A stretch of 64,000 bases of DNA, taken from NCBI GenBank assembly GCA_964019335.1, contig OZ025650.1:372001-436000 (forward strand). Direction: 5' to 3'. The notes under the pieces were generated by a model. The model was not told where the DNA came from and did not search any database. It was given only the letters and a program-made list of their open reading frames with translations. Shown here one piece after another: positions 1-9,164 of the stretch. Made by a program: the position numbers and the translations under genes. Every line of letters starts with the position of its first letter. Within the stretch, counting starts at the first letter, position 1. This DNA comes from Diplonema japonicum. Lineage: Eukaryota > Protista > Euglenozoa: Diplonemea.

Positions 1-49
1 TATACTGTTGGCAGCATGGGTGACTCCGCCACAGAGCTGTTTGTTCCCT
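1..49 (-). ncRNA. AGA/H-box hairpin snoRNA module (partial, 3' part outside window)
   Basis: Near-identical to the hairpin at 3249-3316, 28803-28870, 34459-34526 and 37417-37484. Confidence 0.7.
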
Positions 50-84
50 CTTTTCGATTTTCGGGTTTGCGGGTCAGCTCACCA

Positions 85-196
85 TTGATCAGAAGTCAGG
101 TAGGGTTGTTCTTGGAATCGTTGCTCAACAAGTGATTGTTTGAAGATCTTCAGATTGGCTAGGGCGGTAGAATTCCAGGTTGTCATCACTTCAATT
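85..196 (-). ncRNA. Box C/D snoRNA family B (~110 nt), copy 1
   Basis: Minus strand gaag-TGATGA...CTGA(D')...CTGA-cttc with terminal stem; 3 copies in window; antisense tracts loosely resemble LSU domain I. Confidence 0.8.
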
Positions 197-235
197 GGAG
201 GTTTTCTCTTTGTGGCAAAATGAAAAAAAAAATTT

Positions 236-250
<15 letters not shown>

Positions 251-293
<43 letters not shown>
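251..293. repeat. (TA)n microsatellite
   Basis: About 21 TA units seen directly. Confidence 0.95.
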
Positions 294-295
<2 letters not shown>

Positions 296-376
296 CAGCT
301 AGGGGCGAAAGAATAAAGTCACATTGTCTAGTAATTCAACAGAAAGTATTTGTTAACGTTGTTTATCATCATAAAA
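291..376 (-). ncRNA. Box C/D snoRNA, snR60/U80-like (LSU Gm908-equivalent guide), copy 1
   Basis: ATGATGA...TCTTTCGCCCCTA-g-CTGA, complementary to conserved LSU UAGGGGCGAAAGA; D+5 rule hits the 2nd G. Confidence 0.88.
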
Positions 377-414
377 AACGACAAGACTGAAACAGAACAG
401 AAACAACCCTCCAA

Positions 415-501
415 TGAATCAGCTTGGAACCCGAAATACAAGTTTATAACTCACGAAAGTATTCATGTGAAACACGGAACATTGTACTTTCTCATCATTT
501 C
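415..501 (-). ncRNA. Double-guide box C/D snoRNA (U18-like D' guide plus snR39B-like Gm805 D guide), copy 1
   Basis: ATGATGA; TCCGTGTTTCA before D' (ATGA) pairs LSU UGAAACACGGA; TTTCGGGTTCCAA-g-CTGA pairs LSU UUGGRACCCGAAA. Confidence 0.88.
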
Positions 502-530
502 GCGTGACAAAGAAAAGAAAGAAGAAAAAA

Positions 531-618
531 ATGTCAGTCCTCGACCTATTCTTTATATGCTCATCTCCCAGGGGTTTCCTGGGATGCACAGAGATTCCTA
601 ATGTATTGTACATCATCC
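531..618 (-). ncRNA. Box C/D snoRNA family E (LSU CCUCGACCUAUUCU guide), variant 1, copy 1
   Basis: ATGATGT...GGAATCTC (pairs LSU GAGAUUCC)...internal hairpin...AGAATAGGTCGAGGA-CTGA; 4 copies. Confidence 0.8.
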
Positions 619-651
619 AATGGTTCTCATAAGGGATGGGCGGAAGAATGT

Positions 652-749
652 GATGTCAGCGGTGTCCTAAGGGTAATTAAGTTTTGCCATTTCTCGGGCA
701 TCGCACCTTGTGCTCCGACTGGGGCGGCATCATAGTGATTGTCATCATC
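652..749 (-). ncRNA. Box C/D snoRNA U31/snR67-like (LSU P-loop Gm guide plus GGUGmUCC guide), copy 1
   Basis: gATGATGA...GCCGCCCCAGT-CGGA(D')...CCCTTAGGACACC-g-CTGAcatc; pairs LSU GACUGGGGCGG and GGUGUCCUAAGG. Confidence 0.92.
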
Positions 750-884
750 TATCTTTTGAAGCTAAAACTACAAAACTGCTTTTTTTTGCTTTTTTTTTTT
801 TTGAAACTGTCAAAGGTATTTGAACTGTGTTAGTTCTTGCCCGAGTCATTTACCTGCAGTGGCGATGTCGAAGACTGCGCCCAG

Positions 885-962
885 AGGCTGATTACCAAGG
901 GCTGGCTTCTCTTAACAATGGGTTGGGAACGTGAACTAACTGGATGCATTGCATCATGCCAA
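885..962 (-). ncRNA. Possible degenerate box C/D snoRNA
   Basis: ATGATGC C-like box; AGTTCACGTTCCC pairs LSU GGGAACGUGAGCU; D box degenerate (CTGG); single copy. Confidence 0.4.
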
Positions 963-1015
963 GGTAGGTAGCGAGGCGCAGTCACAGCTCGAGGCACTGT
1001 CCTGTGTTCATCTGA
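962..1015 (-). ncRNA. Conserved cluster module of unclear class (hairpin)
   Basis: Core repeated at 36557-36610; no clear box found. Confidence 0.35.
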
Positions 1016-1047
1016 GATCTGTCTTTTCTCCCTCTTCTTCACCCACA

Positions 1048-1151
1048 AGAGCTCAGTGGTCAGGACAAATTGCAGTTACTGTCGTCAGGAACGAGTGTTT
1101 CCGACTGAGAGATCAGGTATTTGATAACTTACAGGTTGTCATCAGTGCTCT
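1048..1151 (-). ncRNA. Box C/D snoRNA family G with C, D', C', D boxes, copy 1 (target unassigned)
   Basis: agagc-acTGATGA...CTGA...TGACGA...CTGA-gctct with terminal stem; second copy at 36979-37080. Confidence 0.85.
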
Positions 1152-1523
1152 GTAGTTTTTTGTTTTGTGTTGTCCTTCAGAATAATGTTCGGGGTTCACT
1201 CGGCAACAAGCTAAGAGACAGTGAAAGACAATGGGCTCCAGGACTGATGTGGTGGGAATTTAGGAATAATTTGTAGTATTGCGATGCATGTATAATAATA
1301 AACTAGAACAAAACGGCAAGAGGAAAACAATTGTTCTGAAATAAAAAGACGACTAAACAGTAGAGCAGACTAAGAAAGTGCACCCACAGCAAGGGTTAAA
1401 AAATTTGAATGCGCTGTTAATGGAATGCACTGAAAATGGAATAAGCAAAGGAATTGGAAAGGAAGGAAAGGAAAAGAAGAAGAAAAAAAAGAAGAAACGA
1501 ACGAAGATCTTGAGCTCTTCGGT

Positions 1524-2792
1524 TCAAGATTTCCTGGAAAAGGCCCAAGTCAAGCCGTTCCAAGCATAGTTTAAGCCGAAAGGAAGTTTCGAAGGAGGGT
1601 CACGGCAGAAGAGGGCAAAGACTTCCCCCTCTGCGTCGACCACGTTTACAAAATCACCTAGGGGGTTCACCTTTACAACCCTAAAGGCTTGTTCACCCCG
1701 CATGATGGTGTCGCCCACCCTGAAGGTGTCGCAGAAGGTGTACGTGTATCTGGTGTGGAAGCACAGCATTGCGTCTTTCGACCTAATTCCGCTCAGGCGC
1801 ACGGTGGAGTTACAGAGCCCTGCCCTTTCCAGAAGCAACCCGCGCAGTGTCCTTGCATCAGATCCACTACGCACCATGACACGCTCTGATACAGTCCCGT
1901 CCGTGATATCCAACGGAGAGAACTCCTTCAGAAGGTCGACAGGCTTGGTGTCCTCCGGGTACAGGAATTTCGTATTCACTACCATCATTAACTCGTTCCC
2001 TTCCCGCAACTCCTCTTCCAGTACCCTCACGTCATCCTTGGTCGCCCCTACAACCGCCACTATCCTTGTCAGCACCTGCTTCTCCCCGCACACGACTGTG
2101 TCGAAGTACTCCTTGTTAAGGTCTGTGAAGTGCACGACGTGCATGTCAACCACCACCCTCGACTGCGGCCTCCACTCCCCCTCCTTCCCGTTTGAGAACC
2201 ACACGTCGCCAATTGACGTCTCGCTCGCAATGGCATCATACACCCATCGACCTTCCTCTCCGAACTCGTTCTTCGCTTCCCCCACTTGCAGAAAGGGCGA
2301 AAGTTTCCTGTTCACGACAGCGAAGAAGTCGGACTGGTGATTTGCGTTGTAAGGGACGGGCGATGCACCGCTTTTCACGAGGGACATGAAGTACTCGAAC
2401 ATCTCCTCCACGCCCTTCGGGTCTGTGGAGGACTGCTTCTGGAACAGGATTGGCACCTTGTGCTCTGTCCCCATGCGAGCCTCTGCGATCCTCCTCTCGA
2501 AGAACACACACTCGTCCTCATGGTCCACACCATAGCCGAGGATGAGGAGGGGGGACTTCAGCTCAAGTATTTTATTGACAAGCTTTTTGCCTTGCAGAGC
2601 CTTTAGCTCAACAACAGCAACTGTCGGCACAGGCATCAGGAGGCACTCGCTGCCCTCGACATCAACGAAGCCCTGCAGCTTTCCATACCCTCCCACGTTT
2701 GCAAGGACCTTCTTCGCGAGCTCCATACGGCTCGACGAGTGCCCCACAACCTGTATGAGCTCATCCGACAAGGTTAGTGCCATCTCCGACAT
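1524..2792 (-). CDS. Uncharacterised 422-aa protein, paralog of 35045-36394, between snoRNA clusters
   Basis: Long ATG ORF with coding-like composition; conserved paralog in window. Confidence 0.8.
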   Translation of the reverse strand: MSEMALTLSDELIQVVGHSSSRMELAKKVLANVGGYGKLQGFVDVEGSECLLMPVPTVAVVELKALQGKKLVNKILELKSPLLILGYGVDHEDECVFFERRIAEARMGTEHKVPILFQKQSSTDPKGVEEMFEYFMSLVKSGASPVPYNANHQSDFFAVVNRKLSPFLQVGEAKNEFGEEGRWVYDAIASETSIGDVWFSNGKEGEWRPQSRVVVDMHVVHFTDLNKEYFDTVVCGEKQVLTRIVAVVGATKDDVRVLEEELREGNELMMVVNTKFLYPEDTKPVDLLKEFSPLDITDGTVSERVMVRSGSDARTLRGLLLERAGLCNSTVRLSGIRSKDAMLCFHTRYTYTFCDTFRVGDTIMRGEQAFRVVKVNPLGDFVNVVDAEGEVFALFCRDPPSKLPFGLNYAWNGLTWAFSRKS

Positions 2793-3032
2793 AGTTGGTG
2801 TTGCTTGTGTATTAAAACCTATGGGTGCATGGGATGAGCTCTTACAATTAAAAGCAGGAATGTCAATACATCGATACTACACCACACTATGAGGAAAGAT
2901 GTGTTAACATCGATGCACATGTCACGTCCAAGATGAAGCAGATGTGCTGCACTGGAGTAGGTTGCATAGCCACGTCATCCCGAGTACACCTTCCGAGGTC
3001 ATATCATCTTCTTCGTAATTACGTTATATTTT

Positions 3033-3316
3033 TTATGTAGGACCACACCAAGGCACACAAAAGACACATGGAAGGAAGTGAAGGTGTGCTGGTTAAATGT
3101 GGTTCTGAGCTTTGCTGTTGCGTGCGTTGAAAAGGGAGGGCGGGATCTTTTGCTTCTCCCCAACAGAGTGTGTGGAGACCCATCCCTCCCAAACCTGTCG
3201 CCACGCGTTCGGGGGTGCTGGTGGCGCTTCGGAAGCAAAGTGGTCAACTCATCTTGGAACAGGGAGTATACTGTTGGCAGCATGGGTGACCCCGCCACAG
3301 AGCTGTTTGTTCCCTC
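3033..3316 (-). ncRNA. ~280-nt multi-hairpin H/ACA RNA candidate (snR30/U17-like architecture), copy 1
   Basis: 5' hairpin (ggaaca/tgttcc), AGATGA (ANANNA), internal stem (ctttgct/agcaaag; gggaggg/ccctccc), 3' hairpin (accaca/tgtggt; gcacac/gtgtgc), then ACAtaa; 3 full copies. Confidence 0.7.
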
Positions 3317-3364
3317 TTTTCTTTTTGTCGTTCTTTTTCTTTTTCATTTCCCTTTCTCTCACCA

Positions 3365-3475
3365 TTGATCAGAAGTCAGGTAGGGTGTTCTTGGAATCGT
3401 TGCTCAACAAGTGATTGTTTGAAGATCTTCAGATTGGCTAGGGCGGTAGAATTCCAGGTTGTCATCACTTCAATT
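3365..3475 (-). ncRNA. Box C/D snoRNA family B, copy 2
   Basis: Near-identical to 85-196. Confidence 0.8.
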
Positions 3476-3535
3476 AGAGGTTTCCTTTCAAAATCGGCAA
3501 ACTTAAAATGTCAAGTAAAAAGGTTTCTGTCAACG

Positions 3536-3631
3536 GTGTTCAGCGGTGTCCTAAGGGTAATTAAGTTGCCATTTCTCGGGCATCGCACCTTGTGCTCCGA
3601 CTGGGGCGGCATCATAGTGATTGTCATCATC
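3536..3631 (-). ncRNA. U31/snR67-like C/D snoRNA, copy 2
   Basis: Near-identical to 652-749. Confidence 0.9.
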
Positions 3632-3740
3632 TACTCGTGATGTCGAAGACTGCAAATTTGGGGAGGTGATAAAGCTGGAAAAGTGATCAGATCACATAGC
3701 TAAAAACCCTTTTTGTTTTTGTTTTGTTTTTTATTTGGTC

Positions 3741-3808
3741 AGATCTCGGATAGGGACCTATGCAACCGTCACCACAGGGAGGTGGACGGCCACTCAAACG
3801 CCTTCCTT
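3741..3808 (-). ncRNA. Single-hairpin AGA-box pseudouridylation guide (snR5-like, LSU Psi1004 equivalent), copy 1
   Basis: Pocket strands GTTTGAG and TAGGTC pair LSU GACCUA-U-U-CUCAAAC; AGA lies 14 nt from the target position; 2 copies. Confidence 0.85.
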
Positions 3809-3844
3809 CTCACTGTCGCGTCCGGAGGCATCTGGGGAGAAAAG

Positions 3845-3930
3845 AAAGTCAGCTAGGGGCGAAAGAATAAAGTCACATTGTCTAGTAATTCAACAGAAAG
3901 TATTTGTTAACGTTGTTTATCATCATAAAA
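3845..3930 (-). ncRNA. snR60/U80-like C/D snoRNA, copy 2
   Basis: Core identical to 291-376. Confidence 0.88.
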
Positions 3931-3969
3931 AAACGACAAGACTGAAACAGAACAGAAACAATCCTCCAA

Positions 3970-4056
3970 TGAATCAGCTTGGAACCCGAAATACAAGTTT
4001 ATAACTCACGAAAGTATTCATGTGAAACACGGAACATTGTACTTTCTCATCATTTC
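3970..4056 (-). ncRNA. U18/snR39B-like double-guide C/D snoRNA, copy 2
   Basis: Core identical to 415-501. Confidence 0.88.
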
Positions 4057-4097
4057 GCGTGACAAAGAAAAGAGAAATGAATAGAAAGAAGAAAAAA

Positions 4098-4185
4098 ATG
4101 TCAGTCCTCGACCTATTCTTTATATGCTCATCTCCCAGGGGTTTCCTGGGATGCACAGAGATTCCTAATGTATTGTACATCATCC
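4098..4185 (-). ncRNA. C/D snoRNA family E variant 1, copy 2
   Basis: Core identical to 531-618. Confidence 0.8.
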
Positions 4186-4217
4186 AATGGTTCTCATAAG
4201 GGGTGGGCGGAAGAAAT

Positions 4218-4316
4218 GATGTCAGCGGTGTCCTAAGGGTAATTAAGTTTTTGCCATTTCTCGGGCATCGCACCTTGTGCTCCGACTGGGGCGGCATCAT
4301 AGTGATTGTCATCATC
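4218..4316 (-). ncRNA. U31/snR67-like C/D snoRNA, copy 3
   Basis: Near-identical to 652-749. Confidence 0.9.
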
Positions 4317-4339
4317 TAAAGAAAAGGGCGAAAAAGGAT

Positions 4340-4420
4340 ATGGTCAGACGAAACCCGAAAGTTAACTTCACTGCAAATGCATCAGGTCTTGAAACACATT
4401 GGAAAGTAATGTCATCATCT
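4340..4420 (-). ncRNA. Double-guide C/D snoRNA, diverged paralog of the U18/snR39B-like RNA
   Basis: ATGATGA...GTGTTTCAAGAC-CTGA (pairs LSU GUCUUGAAACAC)...CTTTCGGGT-ttcgt-CTGA (pairs LSU ACCCGAAAG). Confidence 0.88.
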
Positions 4421-4784
4421 TAAGGTTTTTGAGCCAGAAGGCTTGGTGGGTTGATCTAGGAAGGGCTTTGAGTACTTGGCAACGTGTGCCCCCCTTTTAT
4501 ATTCTCGTGCGAACGGAAATAAAGAATAAAAAAAGAGAAAACTCTGAAGAGCCGCTGTTTCTTTTCTTCTTCTTTTTTCTTCTATTCCATAACCACAGAC
4601 AAGGTTTAAAACTAAGGTTAAGTGAATCTTGGAAAAAAACTTGCGTATCACAAACCATGGATCTAAAAAAAGGGGGGGGGAAGAACCCGTATTAGAGGTG
4701 TCTCAAAAATGAAAAGCAATATGCCATGTTGTGTAAAGAGAAAGAATGCGAATGGCTAGGGCAAGCAAAAACAAATAAGAGGGT

Positions 4785-6059
4785 TCAATATCTGGGGGGT
4801 TTCCCCAAGGACGGGACTGACCGCTTTTTGAGGCTGCTCGTCCGTTTTTTAGGACTTGATGCCTTTTTGGAGCTAGTTGCGGTTCCTGTGCTCACAGGTG
4901 GTAGGGCAGGTTCCGTCTTTGACGCTGCCTTGAAAGAAACCTTCTTGAGAGAAGCCTTCTTTGGTGGGTATGTCTGCTTTTGGTTCTCCTCTGGAGTGGG
5001 TTCATCTTCGTCAAGTAGATCTTCGCAGCAACAGCCATTCTTTAACCTCCACGCTGTGCGCTCGACTTGGGCATAAACCTTGCGAGCAGGGGGTGGAAGG
5101 CGTGGTGCCACATGCTTCAGCTTGTTCACAACGGCACGCATGAAGGCGTCAGTGTCGCAGTGCACTTTCAGTGCGATGGAGTCGTGTGGGGTTTTCATCT
5201 TGTTGACGATGACAACAGGGTGCTTGTTGTTGTGGATTACAGTAGGCAGCCCTGCTGTGGGCATGACAGTGATGCTCGACCCGAGCACAATCAGGAGGTC
5301 GCACTTTGTCGAAGCGAAATCGGCCACTGCCTCCCACTCGTCCTTCTGAAGGGAGTCGCCGAAGTTCACGATGGTGTCGACAAGGGGCTCGCACGTGGTG
5401 CATTTTGTACACTTCCCTCCTGTCCGCTTGTCCTTCCGTGCCATCTCGCGCCTCACGGGGAAGGGCCGCTCGAACGTTGCCCCGCACTCGTTACATCGCT
5501 CGACAAAACAGTTCCCATGCACCTCTGTCAGCTTCGCCGCCTCGACACCCGACCTCCTGTGCAGGCCGTCTACATTTGTCGACACGATCTTCTTGATGGT
5601 TTTTGATTCAAGGAGTGCCCTCAGTGTCATGTGAGTGTAAGTAGGCACAAGGTGGTCAATGGGCAACGTCTTTGGTTTCAAACCTTTTGCTTCCATCGTC
5701 CACTTCCCGTTGGGACCTCTATAGTCGCAAATGCCCGCATTAGTCGAGATGCCCGCGCCCGTGAGCACCATGGCATGCTTGGCCGTCTTCAGCATTGTTG
5801 CGACCTGCTGTGCCATCTCCTCTGTCTTCGCCTTCCCGTCGTCGTACTCGATGCCGTCCGACTCGAAGCTCGACATTTTCATCGACTCACTTATTTTCTG
5901 GATGAATGCCTGGTTCACTCTGTCGAACCTGTTCTGGAATTCCTCCCATTTTCTTTGAAAGTCCGCAACGGCGTTCATCGCGTTGTCAATGTCTGCATCC
6001 GTAGCACGTCTCGTGGCTAGGGTCCTCGACTCCTCCCTTCTGTCCATGTCCATGTCCAT
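4785..6059 (-). CDS. NAD-dependent deacetylase, sirtuin class IV (SIRT6/7-like)
   Basis: GAGIST, DYRGPNGKWT, STNVDGLH, EVHGN, two CxxC; first ATG at 6059. Confidence 0.93.
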   Translation of the reverse strand: MDMDMDRREESRTLATRRATDADIDNAMNAVADFQRKWEEFQNRFDRVNQAFIQKISESMKMSSFESDGIEYDDGKAKTEEMAQQVATMLKTAKHAMVLTGAGISTNAGICDYRGPNGKWTMEAKGLKPKTLPIDHLVPTYTHMTLRALLESKTIKKIVSTNVDGLHRRSGVEAAKLTEVHGNCFVERCNECGATFERPFPVRREMARKDKRTGGKCTKCTTCEPLVDTIVNFGDSLQKDEWEAVADFASTKCDLLIVLGSSITVMPTAGLPTVIHNNKHPVVIVNKMKTPHDSIALKVHCDTDAFMRAVVNKLKHVAPRLPPPARKVYAQVERTAWRLKNGCCCEDLLDEDEPTPEENQKQTYPPKKASLKKVSFKAASKTEPALPPVSTGTATSSKKASSPKKRTSSLKKRSVPSLGKPPRY

Positions 6060-6138
6060 GTTCCTACGTTGCTTCAAAAATGCAACCGCAAAAAGCTACA
6101 CAAATAAATCTAAAGAAGAATAACTGGACATCTACCTA

Positions 6139-7317
6139 CTACAAGGCTGCGCGTATAGCGCTGTTCATGTCGACTACTGACTGGAACAGGGCCACGGCCA
6201 TGCGGTGCTGCTCCGCTGAAGTCGCACATAAGTGCACGGTGCGTGACGATGTGTTAACGGAGAATGCCCCTGCAGGGCCCAGCTCCACCTCGGATCCGTC
6301 AGGCCCCTTTAGCTTACCCGATCTCAGCAAGTTGGCTTTGAAGGCCTCGGGTTCGAGCCCCGCCTCGATGCTCACCACCTCGCACAGGGGCACCCTGTCT
6401 CGGATGAACCGCTTGTTGACATCTTCGGTAACAACCAGACAGGGGGACACCTTCCGGGCCTCTGTGGGGTACGCAAGGACGCTGAGCCACCGCTCCTTGA
6501 CGCCGTCCCTCTTAAACTGGATGAGGTGCTCGCCTTCACGGTAACGGTCGAGAGCAGCGATGAGGGCAGGGTCACAGAGGAAGGGTGCCATCAGGTGCTC
6601 GTGAGTAGTGGGTGAAAAGCCAGACAGCTCGAACAGCTGTACAACGAGGTAATGGGAGGGCGTGTTGGCGTTGGCACTGGCTGTGGTATTGCCACCTCTA
6701 GGGGTCAAGACAGTGGGAGGGGTCGCAACGTTTCTGTGGAGGTGCTCGTAAGGGACAGGGTATGGGTTAGTGTGAGGAGTGTGGATCTCTCGAAGGGGGG
6801 GTGGGGTGGTGGTAGCAAGGCGTGCATGCTGCGGTGGGGGTGCTTTGAGCGCTGCAACGAGCTCCTCCTGTGCATCAAGGATCCGCATGCTGGTGTCGTC
6901 CAAGTCGTGCACAGCACGGCTTGAGACCATAGGCACTTCCACCACACTCTCACTGAGCCGTGCAGTCAGCCGCCGTATCTCCTCTCTGCTTCGGCTTGTG
7001 GGCGACAGTGCTAACCGGCCCTTGTCCTCTTGGATATTGTCAACAGGGTACTGTAGTTTCATTCTTCGCAAAGCCTCTTCCGCGCTGCTTGCAGCATTCT
7101 GCGCCACGTTCGCCCTCTCTTCCTGAAGCCTCCTCTCATGGACCCCCTTCATCCTCAGGCCTGGGCTCATGGCTGCTTGCACTTGTACAGTTGTCGCACT
7201 TCCACCTACCATCCCGGGTGGCTTCATACTACTCGGCTTCACGGTACCGTTTAACATCCCTTTTTTGTCTAATTCGAGGACTTTGTTTATAATAGATATC
7301 GGGTCGGGGATGGACAT
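6139..7317 (-). CDS. Uncharacterised protein, possible C-terminal PH-like domain
   Basis: ORF from ATG 7317; upstream in-frame part is homopolymer translation; C-terminal FSVNTSSRTVHLCATSAEQ is PH-like. Confidence 0.7.
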   Translation of the reverse strand: MSIPDPISIINKVLELDKKGMLNGTVKPSSMKPPGMVGGSATTVQVQAAMSPGLRMKGVHERRLQEERANVAQNAASSAEEALRRMKLQYPVDNIQEDKGRLALSPTSRSREEIRRLTARLSESVVEVPMVSSRAVHDLDDTSMRILDAQEELVAALKAPPPQHARLATTTPPPLREIHTPHTNPYPVPYEHLHRNVATPPTVLTPRGGNTTASANANTPSHYLVVQLFELSGFSPTTHEHLMAPFLCDPALIAALDRYREGEHLIQFKRDGVKERWLSVLAYPTEARKVSPCLVVTEDVNKRFIRDRVPLCEVVSIEAGLEPEAFKANLLRSGKLKGPDGSEVELGPAGAFSVNTSSRTVHLCATSAEQHRMAVALFQSVVDMNSAIRAAL

Positions 7318-7463
7318 TGTGTGCTTTATTTGTTTTTTCCCACCCTGCTCTGTTGGTTTCTTTTTTTTTCCCCTCCTGTTTCTACCCAGAAAAAAGGGAG
7401 CAAATGAAAAAAATTTGAAGAAAATAAAATGGCAACAAAATAAAAAGGAGAAAAAAGCGGAAG

Positions 7464-7501
<38 letters not shown>

Positions 7502-9164
7502 ACTAACGCAAATACAGAAGGTGGGGGGGGGGGGGAGAAGAAAAAGAACACGGAAAGAGAGAGGAAGAGAATAAGTAGACAGAGGTGAATGGAAGCACAA
7601 GGAGGGGAGGAAACGCGAATAAAGGGGAATTATGTAACCCCCCCCCCCCCCCCCCCCTCAATTTCCTACCTTATCATTCGCTTGCGACCACGTATCTCCT
7701 TCAGCCAGCCCCCTCCTCTTATTTCTATCTTTCTTTTTCAAACACGTTTCTTTTCCCTCTAAAATCAATACTAAGCTTGACGTGCAATGTGCATTTCTTT
7801 TATTGGGGTTTCTTTGCTTCATACTTTATTATTGTTATTCACATGTATTGGGTGTGTGTGTGTGTGTGTGTGCGCGTGCGTGTTGCTTGAGGGGGGGATT
7901 TTTTTCCCCCTCTTTTTTCTTCTCCGATATTTTACTCAAAAAAAAAAAGTGTTCTTTGAAATTTTCTTTTTTATAGCTTATAGCTTATTCACACACACAG
8001 AAGGATGAAAAAAAAGAAGAAAAAAAAGGACACAAATACAGGCCCTAGCAAGATGAAAAAAAGAAAGAAAATCGTGGAAAAGAAGAAGAAAAAAAAGAAA
8101 CAATTCGATTCCCTTTTGGAGTTTCAAAAAAGAATTGGCTGCTGTGTGTTTGTTGGCGCGAAAGTCAGGCGTATCCTGCTGAAGGCTAAAACCGAACATA
8201 TATGATTGCCTACCCTTTCTTGTTCAAGCACAATACAAAAGGAAAAAAAAAAAAAAAAAGAAGAAGAAAAAGAATTGCAGCGGAATCGTTGTAGTTATGG
8301 GGTGCTGCAGCGTGCGGAAAGAGGAATGACGGTTAGAAGATAAAAAAAGCAGAAGAATAAGAATAGGCAAGCCGTTGCGAATATAAAAGAATTTTTTATG
8401 GAACTGGTCGTTGTTTGTAAGTGCCGGGTAGAAACCTGGAGCCTGTAAACCCGTAAACACCTTGCCAACGTTCCCTTTTTGTTCAGACAAATTTCAATTT
8501 CCTTGCTACAAGTCAAAATTCTTAAGTCTTCTCAAGTATTCTCAAGTCAAAAAAAAAGAAAGACACACTCATCCCCCCCTTCATCTCTTGCCATGGTTAT
8601 ACACTTTGAGCATTGGCTCTTGCAAACACATCCTTTAAATCATGCCCCCCCCCCCCCCCCCCTTCCAGAAACAAAGAACAAAAAGAAGGGAGAAAGGAAA
8701 GAAAAAAAGGGGGGAGGGGAAAGAAAAAAAATAAAAATAAAAATAAAGAAGGAGATAAAAAAAAAAAAAAACACTGGAGCAAAATCCGCAATAAAATTGA
8801 ACTATATTAATGAAGAGGCAAGGTGCTCTTATCCCCCGCCATCACTTAGCTGGCAAAATTTCAGAAGACACAAAAGGTAAAAACTGTGAGGTTAGGTACT
8901 CGGCTTTACGTTAGTGTTATTAGACCCATCATGTGGCCACCCCCTTGTTTTCCTCTGTACTCTTTACCATTGTGCCGCTAATAACGGCGTTTGCGAACGG
9001 GCAGGGGAAGGTGCGTCCCCTCTCACTCTGACTCGCTTAAGGGGAGGTGCCGTCACACACCTCTGAGACCTAGGCCCTAAAACCTTGGTCCTGCTGCCCC
9101 GATAAAAAAATGGTACAGGAAAGGAAAAGGGAAACAAAGCAAAAAAATGAAGTCCCTCAGGTTT

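Noticed and set aside
2999-4315. Short recurring ORFs (e.g. MKVCWLNVV.., MMTITMMPPQSEHK..), also near 28.6, 34.3 and 37.4 kb
   Set aside because: They recur only because the snoRNA modules recur; frames are broken by indels between copies
1-4420. Repeats read as a CRISPR array or an rRNA gene
   Set aside because: No regular repeat-spacer period and no cas genes; rRNA matches are only 10-15 nt tracts next to C/D or AGA boxes, so they are guide elements
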